Below, in pieces: positions 55,077-64,000 of a stretch of DNA of 64,000 nucleotides. The translations under genes and the position numbers were made by a program. The notes below the pieces were generated by a model, which ran no database searches, was not told the DNA's origin, and worked only from the letters and a program-made list of their open reading frames with translations. Within the stretch, counting starts at the first letter, position 1; every line of letters starts with the position of its first letter. Source of the stretch: a virus (taxonomy: Duplodnaviria > Caudoviricetes); IMG/VR virus record IMGVR_UViG_3300018494_000083; one strand, written 5' to 3'.

Positions 55077-55910
55077 ATGGCAACACCAAAAAGATTCGGG
55101 ATTGACGAAGTCCCAATGCGCGGATACGGAACTTTGTATCCATACAATACCCAATCGGGATATGATGTTTTCTTTCCCGATACAACAAGACCGATTCCCT
55201 TCGTTTTTGCTGATGAGAGAATCAAGAGAAGAACCAAACCCATCGTAGGTCAGGCATTCTATGTTTACGACGTGGAGGCTCTCTATGGAGAAAGTTTTAA
55301 GAACCTTCCTCTCGGTGCCATGGTTTGTCAACTGAATAAGTCTGGCGAACCTCGAGCAAAGTATTTCATGGGATGTCTCATCACACCGTTGCCTATCCCC
55401 GATGAGGTTCTCGAGAAGAGATACTTCTATCTCTTTGATCCGGAGGATTACGCAAGAGCAAGAGCCAACGAGAGAAATCTCAACAACCCGATCATCCTCA
55501 CCGAGCAGATCTTCCAATTCGATATCTTCCAGTTTATGGAGAATACTGCATTTGGAACAGACCGCTATGGAATTGAACCTGTGGTCGTTAAGTTCGGATA
55601 CTACTCTGTCGCAAATAAAAAGATCATGAGAGATGGTCAGTATGGAATGCTCGATATCAAAAACAGAGAATTCCATCGTATTGCATATCCCAATAACGAT
55701 AAGGGTAATTTCCCTGAGAAGGGCTGGTATGCAAGAACCGGAGGAGAGTCTTGCTATCTGAACAAAAATGCCACCGGATATTATGCAGTGACCCAGATGG
55801 TCGGTCTTGACTATCTCTTCCCGACAATTTCCGGTATGGACGAAATCTTCAACGAAAACGAAAAATACCTTAAAGATACATTTAAGGAGAAATGGCAGGA
55901 AATAAAATGA
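55077..55910 (+). CDS. Hypothetical protein
   Basis: 277 aa, AAGGAG SD. Confidence 0.75.
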   Translation: MATPKRFGIDEVPMRGYGTLYPYNTQSGYDVFFPDTTRPIPFVFADERIKRRTKPIVGQAFYVYDVEALYGESFKNLPLGAMVCQLNKSGEPRAKYFMGCLITPLPIPDEVLEKRYFYLFDPEDYARARANERNLNNPIILTEQIFQFDIFQFMENTAFGTDRYGIEPVVVKFGYYSVANKKIMRDGQYGMLDIKNREFHRIAYPNNDKGNFPEKGWYARTGGESCYLNKNATGYYAVTQMVGLDYLFPTISGMDEIFNENEKYLKDTFKEKWQEIK

Positions 55911-57070
55911 TTACACGTGTCGATCAGCTCGAATTGAGGGACAATAACTATATCGCTTCTCGGACAAGGGAGCTTATGAAAACCGGAGCATACGAAGCCG
56001 ATCAGCTCGAGCAAATCTTCTTTGCACTTCTCTCCGGAATGGATGAGAAGCATTTTACCGATCCTAAGCTCCCTGCGTCTCGTATGAGAATTATGAGAAC
56101 TTGGATTGGTAAGGGTGTCGATCCTGATATCATGACCGACTTCGCTTCTAAGCGTCACGTTCATTACCAGGATACGGATGGACAGTTCGTATATCCCGAG
56201 GATAAACTGAGTGCTATTGGATATGTTTATCACGTAGCATCTGTCAATCCCGATCCTTGGTTCTTTGATACTCTTTCGGTTCCTCATATCCTGATGTATA
56301 GATCCCTTCTCAAAGATGGTATCACCGTACCCGCACATTACAGCATGTATAATGCGACATGGTATACATATCTTATGACGAAAGCCAAGAACAGCAAAGT
56401 CGATACTCTTCTTATCGAAGGGTTCGATTATTATCGTCATCATATCACGGCTCTCAATGAGATTGCTGAAGACTGTGACGAAGCATCTGCAGAAGCAATT
56501 CGTCGTCTTATTCCTAAAGTTAGGAGAACTGATGACGAAGATGTTATTCTCGTTATTTCCAAACTGATTCAAAAGATCATTCGATCTACACCTACTATTG
56601 GTGAAGATAAGGCAACGGAACTTCTTTCCATCGTTGAGAAGAATATCGAGAACTCTGCTAACTATAAGGCGGATGCTAGGGTATGGTCCTGTATATCTGA
56701 GGTTCTGAACTGTGCCTATGATACTTATAATCCGATGTATCATCATGGTGGATTGACTGATGGTGGAAACATGCATATGGCTTCCAATGACCTTATCTGT
56801 CAGTTTGCTTGCTTCCCGATAGATACGCTTCCTTATGTGGTAAGCGAGATCATTAAGAAATCGGATTATCAGTGGATCAGACCCACAGATGATATTCGTC
56901 GAATCGTTCTTCTTCAGAAGATCGTTAACGATAAATCTCTCAGTTTCAGCGTTATGGATATGGAAAGAATTCGCGATCCTGAAATTCCTTATGAGCGAGT
57001 CGAGAAGTACATCAACAAAGAGATCAGAAAGCAAAGATTCAAAAACTTCTTCAAGAGAAAGAAGAAATAA
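55892..57070 (+). CDS. Hypothetical protein
   Basis: 392 aa, AAGGAG SD, followed by terminator. Confidence 0.75.
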   Translation: MAGNKMITRVDQLELRDNNYIASRTRELMKTGAYEADQLEQIFFALLSGMDEKHFTDPKLPASRMRIMRTWIGKGVDPDIMTDFASKRHVHYQDTDGQFVYPEDKLSAIGYVYHVASVNPDPWFFDTLSVPHILMYRSLLKDGITVPAHYSMYNATWYTYLMTKAKNSKVDTLLIEGFDYYRHHITALNEIAEDCDEASAEAIRRLIPKVRRTDDEDVILVISKLIQKIIRSTPTIGEDKATELLSIVEKNIENSANYKADARVWSCISEVLNCAYDTYNPMYHHGGLTDGGNMHMASNDLICQFACFPIDTLPYVVSEIIKKSDYQWIRPTDDIRRIVLLQKIVNDKSLSFSVMDMERIRDPEIPYERVEKYINKEIRKQRFKNFFKRKKK

Positions 57071-57078
57071 AGATAAAC

Positions 57079-57115
57079 GCCTATGGGATTTCGGTCCCAT
57101 AGGCAATCTTTTTTT
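57079..57115 (+). terminator. Rho-independent terminator
   Basis: GCCTATGGGAT-TTCG-GTCCCATAGGC plus T tract. Confidence 0.85.
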
Positions 57116-57157
57116 GTTTTGTAAATCAAAAATTAAGTATGAAATAAGCCGTAAAAC

Positions 57158-57175
57158 TATGCACTATTATAGTGA
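57158..57175 (+). promoter_or_regulatory. Class-2 (probably early) promoter motif
   Basis: TATGCA-CTATTATAG-TGA upstream of RNase H gene. Confidence 0.55.
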
Positions 57176-57196
57176 ATAACAAATGGAGGTACTATT

Positions 57197-57883
57197 ATGG
57201 ATCGTATTGAAATCTATACTGACGGTTCATCTTTCATAGGTAAGAATCGACAGTTCTACGAATCCTCTAGTGCGGTTGTAATCTTTTTGAATGACGAGTG
57301 CATATATAAATGCGGTTGTTATCATAAGGATGGAACCAATTCACTTGGGGAACTTTACGCTATGTTGTTGGGGTTGTCAAAGGCGAAGGAGATCGTTGAA
57401 GAGAACTCGTTTAATGACGAACCCGAAGTAGTTGTTTTCGCAGATTCTGATTATGTAGTAAAATCTCTCACATCTTATATCAAGGGCTGGGCAAAGCAGG
57501 GACTTGACAGAACATGGATTAGCTACTCGACAAAGAAAGAAGTAGCATATCAGTCTATCTTTAAATATCTGTATGCAACATTTTTGGATAAAAAGAAGGC
57601 ACCGTTCAAGATCAAGTTTTATCATATCAATAGTCATATTCCGAAATCTGGATTACAGAAAGCAAGATACTCTTTCATGAAACGAAATGAAGAGGACATT
57701 TCGCTTGAAGAATTCACTAAACATTCTCAAAGGAACGACATTGTTGATGTCCTTGCGGAGAAGATCCGAGATGAAAAAATTTATTACTTTGAAGAAGGTG
57801 ATGATAGATGGGTAAGAAAAAGAAACATAATCACAAGAGATGGGATGATAGTTATAAGAAAAAGAAAAACAAACAAAAAGTAG
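57197..57883 (+). CDS. rnhA: Ribonuclease HI
   Basis: IYTDGS, TNSLGELYAM, ADSDYV, HINSH, NDIVDVLA: full D-E-D-H-D set. Confidence 0.9.
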   Translation: MDRIEIYTDGSSFIGKNRQFYESSSAVVIFLNDECIYKCGCYHKDGTNSLGELYAMLLGLSKAKEIVEENSFNDEPEVVVFADSDYVVKSLTSYIKGWAKQGLDRTWISYSTKKEVAYQSIFKYLYATFLDKKKAPFKIKFYHINSHIPKSGLQKARYSFMKRNEEDISLEEFTKHSQRNDIVDVLAEKIRDEKIYYFEEGDDRWVRKRNIITRDGMIVIRKRKTNKK

Positions 57884-58443
57884 ACTATCGGTCCCGAGCA
57901 GAGCTACTATTGAGTGCTTATCCTGAAGCTATCTTAAACCTTTGGTTCGGAGACAACGAAGAGGAGAGGCAAAAGTTTTCATTCTGGCTACTTGAACAAG
58001 AGCAATATGTGGATGATTCCGCTTTGGATATTCTACATGGAGATGATGACGAAGAATATGAAAAGAAGATTCGTAAACTTCGTCGCAAAGAATGTACCAG
58101 TATGAATGACATGCTTATCCGACTCGATGAGATTCGTTGGGTAAAAGAGAAAAAGCATAAAGGAAAGAAACTCAAAAAGAAACTTCGTAAGAAGGATCTT
58201 GGCATAGCAACCTATATGGATTCTTCCAGATATAGAAAGTCTTACCTCAGTAACGATGAGTACAGGAAGAGTCTAAAGAAACTTGCTGAACGAGAAAGAC
58301 GGGAAGAAAAGGAAATGAGAAAACTCGGATATATCAGATCAATAGATCCAGACAAAGAGCTTAAGAAGATCCTTAAAGCAAATGAAGCTATGACTTCTGT
58401 CCTAAGTGATGCATATGTCCAAAAACATTATTTAAACGATTAA
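57808..58443 (+). CDS. Highly charged hypothetical protein
   Basis: 211 aa, K/R/E/D-rich, AAGGTG SD, overlaps rnhA end. Confidence 0.7.
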   Translation: MGKKKKHNHKRWDDSYKKKKNKQKVDYRSRAELLLSAYPEAILNLWFGDNEEERQKFSFWLLEQEQYVDDSALDILHGDDDEEYEKKIRKLRRKECTSMNDMLIRLDEIRWVKEKKHKGKKLKKKLRKKDLGIATYMDSSRYRKSYLSNDEYRKSLKKLAERERREEKEMRKLGYIRSIDPDKELKKILKANEAMTSVLSDAYVQKHYLND

Positions 58444-58452
58444 GGAGTCGAT

Positions 58453-59097
58453 ATGAAATTCTTAATTCCAAACTATAAGAGCAAGCATCTTGAGAAAGAT
58501 GTTAAAGCTCGTGGGTGGTTGGATGATGAGTCTAAGCTTATAGCTGATATAGACTCTATGAAGCTACCCGAATATCCCGTTGCGATTATACATGGGGTAC
58601 CGGCACTCTACACGGATGTTCGATTCACATTCTACCAACATGGATTCGAAACTTCTGATAAAGAAGGAATCTTTATTGTATATGAAGGTGGATGCGGAAC
58701 ATTCAAACCTGTGGCATTCTTGACTATGGAAGAGATGGAAGCACTTCATCATTTCTCTATTCGTCACGATGACAAAGGAAACGCTGCGACAGTTGAAGAT
58801 ATTGTCTGGTGTGACCACTTTGCAGATCTTCTCACCACCATGGACATTGAAGCCATGAGAGGAGATAAACCTGAAAGTTATGCTGATGTGAAAATTGGCG
58901 AATCTTTCAGATACCTCGGAAACATCAAGCATGATAACAATTTCACTGTCACTGACACATTGGAATTCGCAGACAAGTGCACTATCAGTCAATTCATTCA
59001 GAAGTATAAGAATTTTGATCCGACTGTAAAGTTAGATGAGATTTTTGTTATTTCTGCTTCTGACTACGTATTCAATAAACTATTTAATAAACACTGA
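58453..59097 (+). CDS. Hypothetical protein
   Basis: 214 aa, AAGGAG SD. Confidence 0.75.
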   Translation: MKFLIPNYKSKHLEKDVKARGWLDDESKLIADIDSMKLPEYPVAIIHGVPALYTDVRFTFYQHGFETSDKEGIFIVYEGGCGTFKPVAFLTMEEMEALHHFSIRHDDKGNAATVEDIVWCDHFADLLTTMDIEAMRGDKPESYADVKIGESFRYLGNIKHDNNFTVTDTLEFADKCTISQFIQKYKNFDPTVKLDEIFVISASDYVFNKLFNKH

Positions 59098-59117
59098 TAA
59101 TGACAAGCGTTTGCAAA

Positions 59118-59135
59118 TATACATTATTAACATGA
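59118..59135 (+). promoter_or_regulatory. Class-2 (probably early) promoter motif
   Basis: TATACA-TTATTAACA-TGA. Confidence 0.55.
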
Positions 59136-59148
59136 GGAGGTTGGTCCT

Positions 59149-59616
59149 ATGGGAACACTTCTTAACAAACTTCTGGTACTATTGAGGTTACGAAAACCTG
59201 ACCACATCAAAAGAATTGGTTACCAAGTAAATAGTGTGGATTTTTACTGGTATGAGTTCGACACTAAGCATCCGAATCACGCAAGCTTTATAGGAAATAT
59301 GGCATTCCATTTAAAGGAATTGATCGAGAAATATTATGAAGCAGGACAAAGCGTGGTTATCGATATCCGAGCGCATAGCTCAGAACCAGTATTCAAACCA
59401 ATAGTATTTGTAGATCCTTTTAGTCAGTTTACAAAGGTAGACGATGGGCGTCGTTATATCATTAACTATGAAGAAACGACATCTCCCCACATTCACGAGT
59501 ATAGAACAAAATCGTTCATCTATCACGTAGACTTTATAAGGTCTCTATATTTTACATTGGTCGAAACCTTCAAAACGTACCCAGAAATAAAATCAATAAC
59601 TCTCAAATTCAATTAA
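59149..59616 (+). CDS. Hypothetical protein
   Basis: 155 aa, GGAGG SD. Confidence 0.7.
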   Translation: MGTLLNKLLVLLRLRKPDHIKRIGYQVNSVDFYWYEFDTKHPNHASFIGNMAFHLKELIEKYYEAGQSVVIDIRAHSSEPVFKPIVFVDPFSQFTKVDDGRRYIINYEETTSPHIHEYRTKSFIYHVDFIRSLYFTLVETFKTYPEIKSITLKFN

Positions 59617-59634
59617 ACGAAAGGAAACAGCGGC

Positions 59635-62600
59635 ATGGGAAAAAAGGATCGCAAAATCCCTGTATCGGATTTCATATCCGATAAGAAACTCGAACGCATC
59701 ATGAAGTTCATCGAATCTGCGGAATCAACTGAAGATGTGTACGATCGAATTGAGAGTCTTTTGGAAGATGACTTTGAGGTAAAGGATCTCGGTACAAACC
59801 GAATCGTTCTGAAATCAAAGAAGTCTAAGTACAAAGACTTGATATTCAAGGTGGCAGGGGATAGCCACGGAATTGAAGCAAACTTTAGAGAATTCTATAA
59901 CGGAGATCTTGACAAGAGACTTACGTTCTCTTATTCGATTTCCAAGAATGGAGTTTTCGTTGTACAAGAAAAAGTTAAACCTTTCACTTCCAAGGACATG
60001 GAAGAGTATAAGAAGGATGTTCGTGAAATGCTCACTCATCTTTCTAAGAAGCTTCTCTTGGTTGACTGTAAGGTTAAGAACTTTAAAAACTTCGGTCTCC
60101 GTTCCAATGGAGATGTATGTCTCCTGGATCATGGAGATACGGTTCCTCTTCCTGAATACCAAGGTGATAAAATCATCAATGTAAACGAGGAGTCTTATGT
60201 GTCTTTGAGATGCAAAGGATTTAAGGACCCTGGAGAAACAAGATCAACCAAAATCAAGCCTTGTGGAGGCAAACTCAAATACTCGAAGAATTTCGATTAC
60301 CTCGAGTGTGAGAAATGTGGAACTCGTATAACGGTCAATGATGCGTATAAAGAGTTCTACGGCGATGCCAGAATTTCAGCAACTGGCAAGAACACCAGTA
60401 TCGACGTTGATGAATCATTCTATCAATGGCGAGACAAAATCCGTGAATACTGCGTTCAGACCATGGACGAAGTAGAAAATAATTCAAGTAATAATCAGGA
60501 GGAGGAAACTATCATGGTCGAAAAAATCATTGGCGGTGAAAAGTGTATTCAGTTGAAGGGTTACTGGGTACCTGAGCATCTGACAAAGGGAGTTTATGCA
60601 ATGAACTATTCTGCAGCAAAATGTGGAAATCTTGCCGTTGCAAAGCTTCTTGAAATCGGTAAGCTCAATCCGAAGGACTATGTTGTAACCAAGGATGATC
60701 ACATGGCTCGTAAAGCCGAGATCGCCGAAGTTGCAGCTATCAGATCCAACACCAATCCAACCAACCCTGTGGCAGTCACTTCTACGAAGAGACCTAAGCC
60801 TGATCCGAATACTCGTAAATCGTTCGACGAGTTTGCATCGGATGCTCTCACAATTGCAAAGGAAGATATCGGTAACAATGCCTATGTCTTCGTCATGTTT
60901 GAGGATGTCTTCGGAAAGACAGATCCTGTAGACTGGCTCGTGAAGAACGTATGGTTCCGTATCCGTGATTGTGAGGATGTTGAAAGAGCAAGATACGATA
61001 TCCCCAACCACAGATATCAGATCGAGTTTAAGAAGAACTCGAGACCGAAGCCGAAGAAGCCCGAACCGGTTGCCAAGGTTGAGAAGGTTGAGGAGAAGCC
61101 CAAGAAGAAAAAGATGACCAATGACGAGTGGATTCTCAGTCAGCCTCAGTTCCTCGTAAACGGTGTTTGTTGTATCATTATCGGTGAGTACTATGTACCT
61201 TGTGAGCTTGCACTCTTCGGTATGAATAAGGATGCAATCAAGACCGCTCTTAAGGCAGATGGATATCAGCCTAAGAAGTTCAGAACTGACAATCCTGAAG
61301 TATTCGCAACCAGAGTCAATACCAAGAATACCGCTACCGATGACGACGATGATGATGTTCCTGAGTCTGTAAAGCAGATCGTTGATGAGTATATGGAAGA
61401 AGTCGGAACAGATCCTGAAGAGGATGATGACGACAAATTCGTATGCTCCGAAAGCGACGATGACGTTGAAGATCTCAGCGACAGATTCGACAGATTCATG
61501 GCAGAGAATTCGGACAGTGATACCGATACCTCTGGTTATGAGGACGACGATGATGAAGATGAGACTGAGCCCACTCCCGTTGAGGTAGACGAAGAGCCTA
61601 TCGATGAGAGAGACGCTGAGCTCATGAGAATCACCAAGTCCAAGAGAGCCGATGGTATCACAAGTGCCGTCGAGAAATATCGTCAGACCTACAGAGAAGC
61701 TATGAAGTTTATTCAGGCTATCGAGTCCGACGGCGAAGCAAGTGCAGACCGTAAGGTAGCATTTGTAAACAAGATCAAGTATGGTCCCAACGGCTGCTGC
61801 AACCTCAAGGTAAGCGATGCAGTTGATATGGTAAACAACCTCCTTCCTGTAACTGCTAAGGAATCCGCAATCCAGTTCACTATCGCCGACCGTGCATACG
61901 ACACTTGCAATCTCATTGCTCAGATCATTGAGAACGCATTTGGTCTTACTGTATCGGTTTACAGTGATACCGATTCTGCAAGCCATGGTATCGAGATCAT
62001 CAGCAAGGTCTACGAAGCCGCTGAGAGATTTATCAGAGATCATAAGGAAACCTTTGATCCTGAGACTGGTCTTGATTATATCCTCGGTGGTCGTGGTTGC
62101 GACATCATGGATGTTTGCAGAAGTGCTGCTCCTTGGGCTCAGGAAGATGAGTTCAACAAATACTGCGATATCCACGAGGACTATGAGTACGACGCAATGT
62201 CTGCCGTTTCTGATCTTCTCAATACCCTCTATTGCATGGGTATGAATGAGGATCTCGAAGAGGACTACAAGGACGAGGAAGGAAAGATCGATGTCAAGAA
62301 GCTTTGCGAATTGGCAACGCCTATCTATAAGCAGTTCGTGACCATGGTTCACCATTATGCTAAGGAATTCGGTATCCTCAATACGATTCCTACATATGAC
62401 GAGCTCGGCACCTTTGTTGAGCAGTATGACCATGCAAGAGCAAATGTCTACCACTACGGAATGGAAGTACTCAACGGTCTTATCAAGAAGATCTATGAGG
62501 CATTCGCTGACGTAGATTGGGAGAGATTCTGCAATATCACATACTTCGCAGCAGACTGCATTCCTGCAATGACTGACCTCTGGAACGGAACTCACGATCG

Positions 62601-62841
62601 TGCACAGAACCAGCCCAATGATGTAACATTGGCATTCAAGTGCATGTTTGAGATCATCTCCGAGTTCAATCAGAACAAGGAAGCTGTAGAATCCGACGGT
62701 GCAGAACCTTGTATGGATGAACCAGAAATCGACTGGGCTGACAGATCCCAGGATGAAATTCGTGGAAGAATCAAGGATCTCCAAAGTCACAGAGCAGACA
62801 TCGATAAGGAAATCGAGAGACTGTCTGGTTATCTCAAGTAA
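59635..62841 (+). CDS. Protein-kinase-like domain + zinc ribbon fused to large acidic C-terminal region
   Basis: LGTNRIV, LIFKVA, NFRE, VVQEKV, LVDCKVKNFKNFG, LLDHG; C..CGG..CEKCG; in-frame GGAGG-ATG at 60514. Confidence 0.65.
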   Translation: MGKKDRKIPVSDFISDKKLERIMKFIESAESTEDVYDRIESLLEDDFEVKDLGTNRIVLKSKKSKYKDLIFKVAGDSHGIEANFREFYNGDLDKRLTFSYSISKNGVFVVQEKVKPFTSKDMEEYKKDVREMLTHLSKKLLLVDCKVKNFKNFGLRSNGDVCLLDHGDTVPLPEYQGDKIINVNEESYVSLRCKGFKDPGETRSTKIKPCGGKLKYSKNFDYLECEKCGTRITVNDAYKEFYGDARISATGKNTSIDVDESFYQWRDKIREYCVQTMDEVENNSSNNQEEETIMVEKIIGGEKCIQLKGYWVPEHLTKGVYAMNYSAAKCGNLAVAKLLEIGKLNPKDYVVTKDDHMARKAEIAEVAAIRSNTNPTNPVAVTSTKRPKPDPNTRKSFDEFASDALTIAKEDIGNNAYVFVMFEDVFGKTDPVDWLVKNVWFRIRDCEDVERARYDIPNHRYQIEFKKNSRPKPKKPEPVAKVEKVEEKPKKKKMTNDEWILSQPQFLVNGVCCIIIGEYYVPCELALFGMNKDAIKTALKADGYQPKKFRTDNPEVFATRVNTKNTATDDDDDDVPESVKQIVDEYMEEVGTDPEEDDDDKFVCSESDDDVEDLSDRFDRFMAENSDSDTDTSGYEDDDDEDETEPTPVEVDEEPIDERDAELMRITKSKRADGITSAVEKYRQTYREAMKFIQAIESDGEASADRKVAFVNKIKYGPNGCCNLKVSDAVDMVNNLLPVTAKESAIQFTIADRAYDTCNLIAQIIENAFGLTVSVYSDTDSASHGIEIISKVYEAAERFIRDHKETFDPETGLDYILGGRGCDIMDVCRSAAPWAQEDEFNKYCDIHEDYEYDAMSAVSDLLNTLYCMGMNEDLEEDYKDEEGKIDVKKLCELATPIYKQFVTMVHHYAKEFGILNTIPTYDELGTFVEQYDHARANVYHYGMEVLNGLIKKIYEAFADVDWERFCNITYFAADCIPAMTDLWNGTHDRAQNQPNDVTLAFKCMFEIISEFNQNKEAVESDGAEPCMDEPEIDWADRSQDEIRGRIKDLQSHRADIDKEIERLSGYLK

Positions 62842-62954
62842 GTCGACAAACAATAATAATAGGATATAAAGCTGGGGTGTTTGATAATTTCTTACACCCC
62901 AGTTAACATCCATATAACCAATTTAACAACAAACCTAATTAGGAGGAAACAAAA

Positions 62955-63851
62955 ATGATCATTGCTGTTAAAGAGAGCAAGGTCGAGAAGGTAAACCCGA
63001 GTCTGTTCAATATCTGTTTTGTGAGCAAGAAGGGACCCACTATCGACGGCGCAACCAACATGGACATTCTTCTTCCTACTGATGATCTTTACATTGGTAG
63101 AAAAGAGGGTACTGTTGGTAAGAAGAAATTCGAAAAGAAGTATTCCAAGTATCTTCACAAGAAGAATACTTACGTAGAGTGGGCAATCTACTCTATCGGT
63201 CGTGCACTTGCAAGCAAGCCTGGAAACATCTGCTTTGTGTGCACTGACGAGGAATACGAACTCGGTTATCTCCGAATCCTTGGCGAGACGATCGCTGAAA
63301 TGTTCGGAGTAGACTTCGAAACTGGCTACAAGGAAGCTAAGGAACTCATCGATAACGAACTCGAGGTTTATACCAAGAAGGAGAGAAAGGCATTCGAGAT
63401 GGATGACGACGATGAGGACATGTCTGACAAGAAAGCCAAGATGAAGAAGTACGTCACTAAGGAAATCTCCAAGTCTCTCAGAGGCTCCATGTCTGTTGAG
63501 GGTTCTGAGCTTATGGAAGAGATGAGCACCAGATTCGCTATCGACCAGCTTGCACTCAAGCTTGCCGGCGACGGCGTCCTCACCATGAATAAGAGTGGTG
63601 ATGGTGTTAAGTCTGTCGATGTCGAAAAGTTCGATGGCAAGTCGAAAGACATCGTTGAGATCATCATGCAGCCTAAGGAAGATGAAGACTTCGGTCCTGT
63701 CGTTAAGGCAATCCTCAAGGGATATGGCGTAAAGTATAAGTACGAAGACCTTAAGGATCTCGGCAAGGAGAAGCTCATTCAGCTCGTAGGCGAGCTTTAT
63801 ATCAAGCTCGGAGAATACCGTAGTGGTTCAAGAGTAATCGATAACGATTAA
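62955..63851 (+). CDS. Hypothetical protein
   Basis: 298 aa, AGGAGG SD. Confidence 0.8.
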   Translation: MIIAVKESKVEKVNPSLFNICFVSKKGPTIDGATNMDILLPTDDLYIGRKEGTVGKKKFEKKYSKYLHKKNTYVEWAIYSIGRALASKPGNICFVCTDEEYELGYLRILGETIAEMFGVDFETGYKEAKELIDNELEVYTKKERKAFEMDDDDEDMSDKKAKMKKYVTKEISKSLRGSMSVEGSELMEEMSTRFAIDQLALKLAGDGVLTMNKSGDGVKSVDVEKFDGKSKDIVEIIMQPKEDEDFGPVVKAILKGYGVKYKYEDLKDLGKEKLIQLVGELYIKLGEYRSGSRVIDND

Positions 63852-63865
63852 TTTGAAATCAATAT

Positions 63866-63902
63866 AAATCAGGATATCATTTAGCGTGGTATCCTGATTT
63901 TT
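63866..63902 (+). terminator. Rho-independent terminator
   Basis: AAATCAGGATATCA-N7-TGGTATCCTGATTT-TT. Confidence 0.75.
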
Positions 63903-64000
63903 ACCAAATACATGGAAAATATCAACACTGGTATCTGGCACCGAGATGCTTACACTACGGAGGATTTCGATTATATCATTTCTAAAAGAATCACGGAATA

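Noticed and set aside
60484-62913. Long antisense ORFs (also 2369-3778, 20517-21788, 33010-34389, 49861-51792, 55811-57106)
   Set aside because: Shadow frames of strongly codon-biased genes on the opposite strand, with no RBS and no recognisable motifs.
1-64000. tRNA, rRNA, introns or inteins in RNAP genes
   Set aside because: No cloverleaf, rRNA-like segment, interrupted RNAP frame or intein motif recognised by eye; not tested computationally.

Overview
64 kb of a jumbo bacteriophage genome of the phiKZ/AR9 (PBS1)-like kind, standard genetic code. Strong GGAGG ribosome-binding sites suggest a Bacillota host. The window carries multi-subunit RNA polymerase beta and beta' genes, baseplate/tail genes, a 2347-aa tape-measure-like protein with a C39-like peptidase, a block of probable internal head proteins, RusA, RNase HI, a PC4-like SSB, a kinase-like protein and small early genes. 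Two phage promoter motifs recur: AACA-N6-T(A/G) and TAT(A/G)(C/T)A-N9-TGA. The main observation is three intergenic arrays (6411-8996, 24404-25866, 44503-45209) holding 42 same-orientation, non-identical units of about 96-128 bp. Every unit starts exactly at ACTCC (Thr-Pro). 41 of 42 have no internal stop in that frame. Most contain a hydrophobic-x-x-(D/N)-G turn and end near Gly-(Val/Ala/...), while junctions frequently shift frame. The units resemble the variable ligand-binding segment between WLR(S/T)P and GVRP of C-type-lectin-fold (DUF6273/DGR-target-like) proteins. I infer a silent cassette library for receptor-binding diversification that is not a CRISPR array, a classical DGR or an inversion shufflon. 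No recipient gene, recombinase or reverse transcriptase is visible in the window. All family assignments are by motif recognition, not database search.
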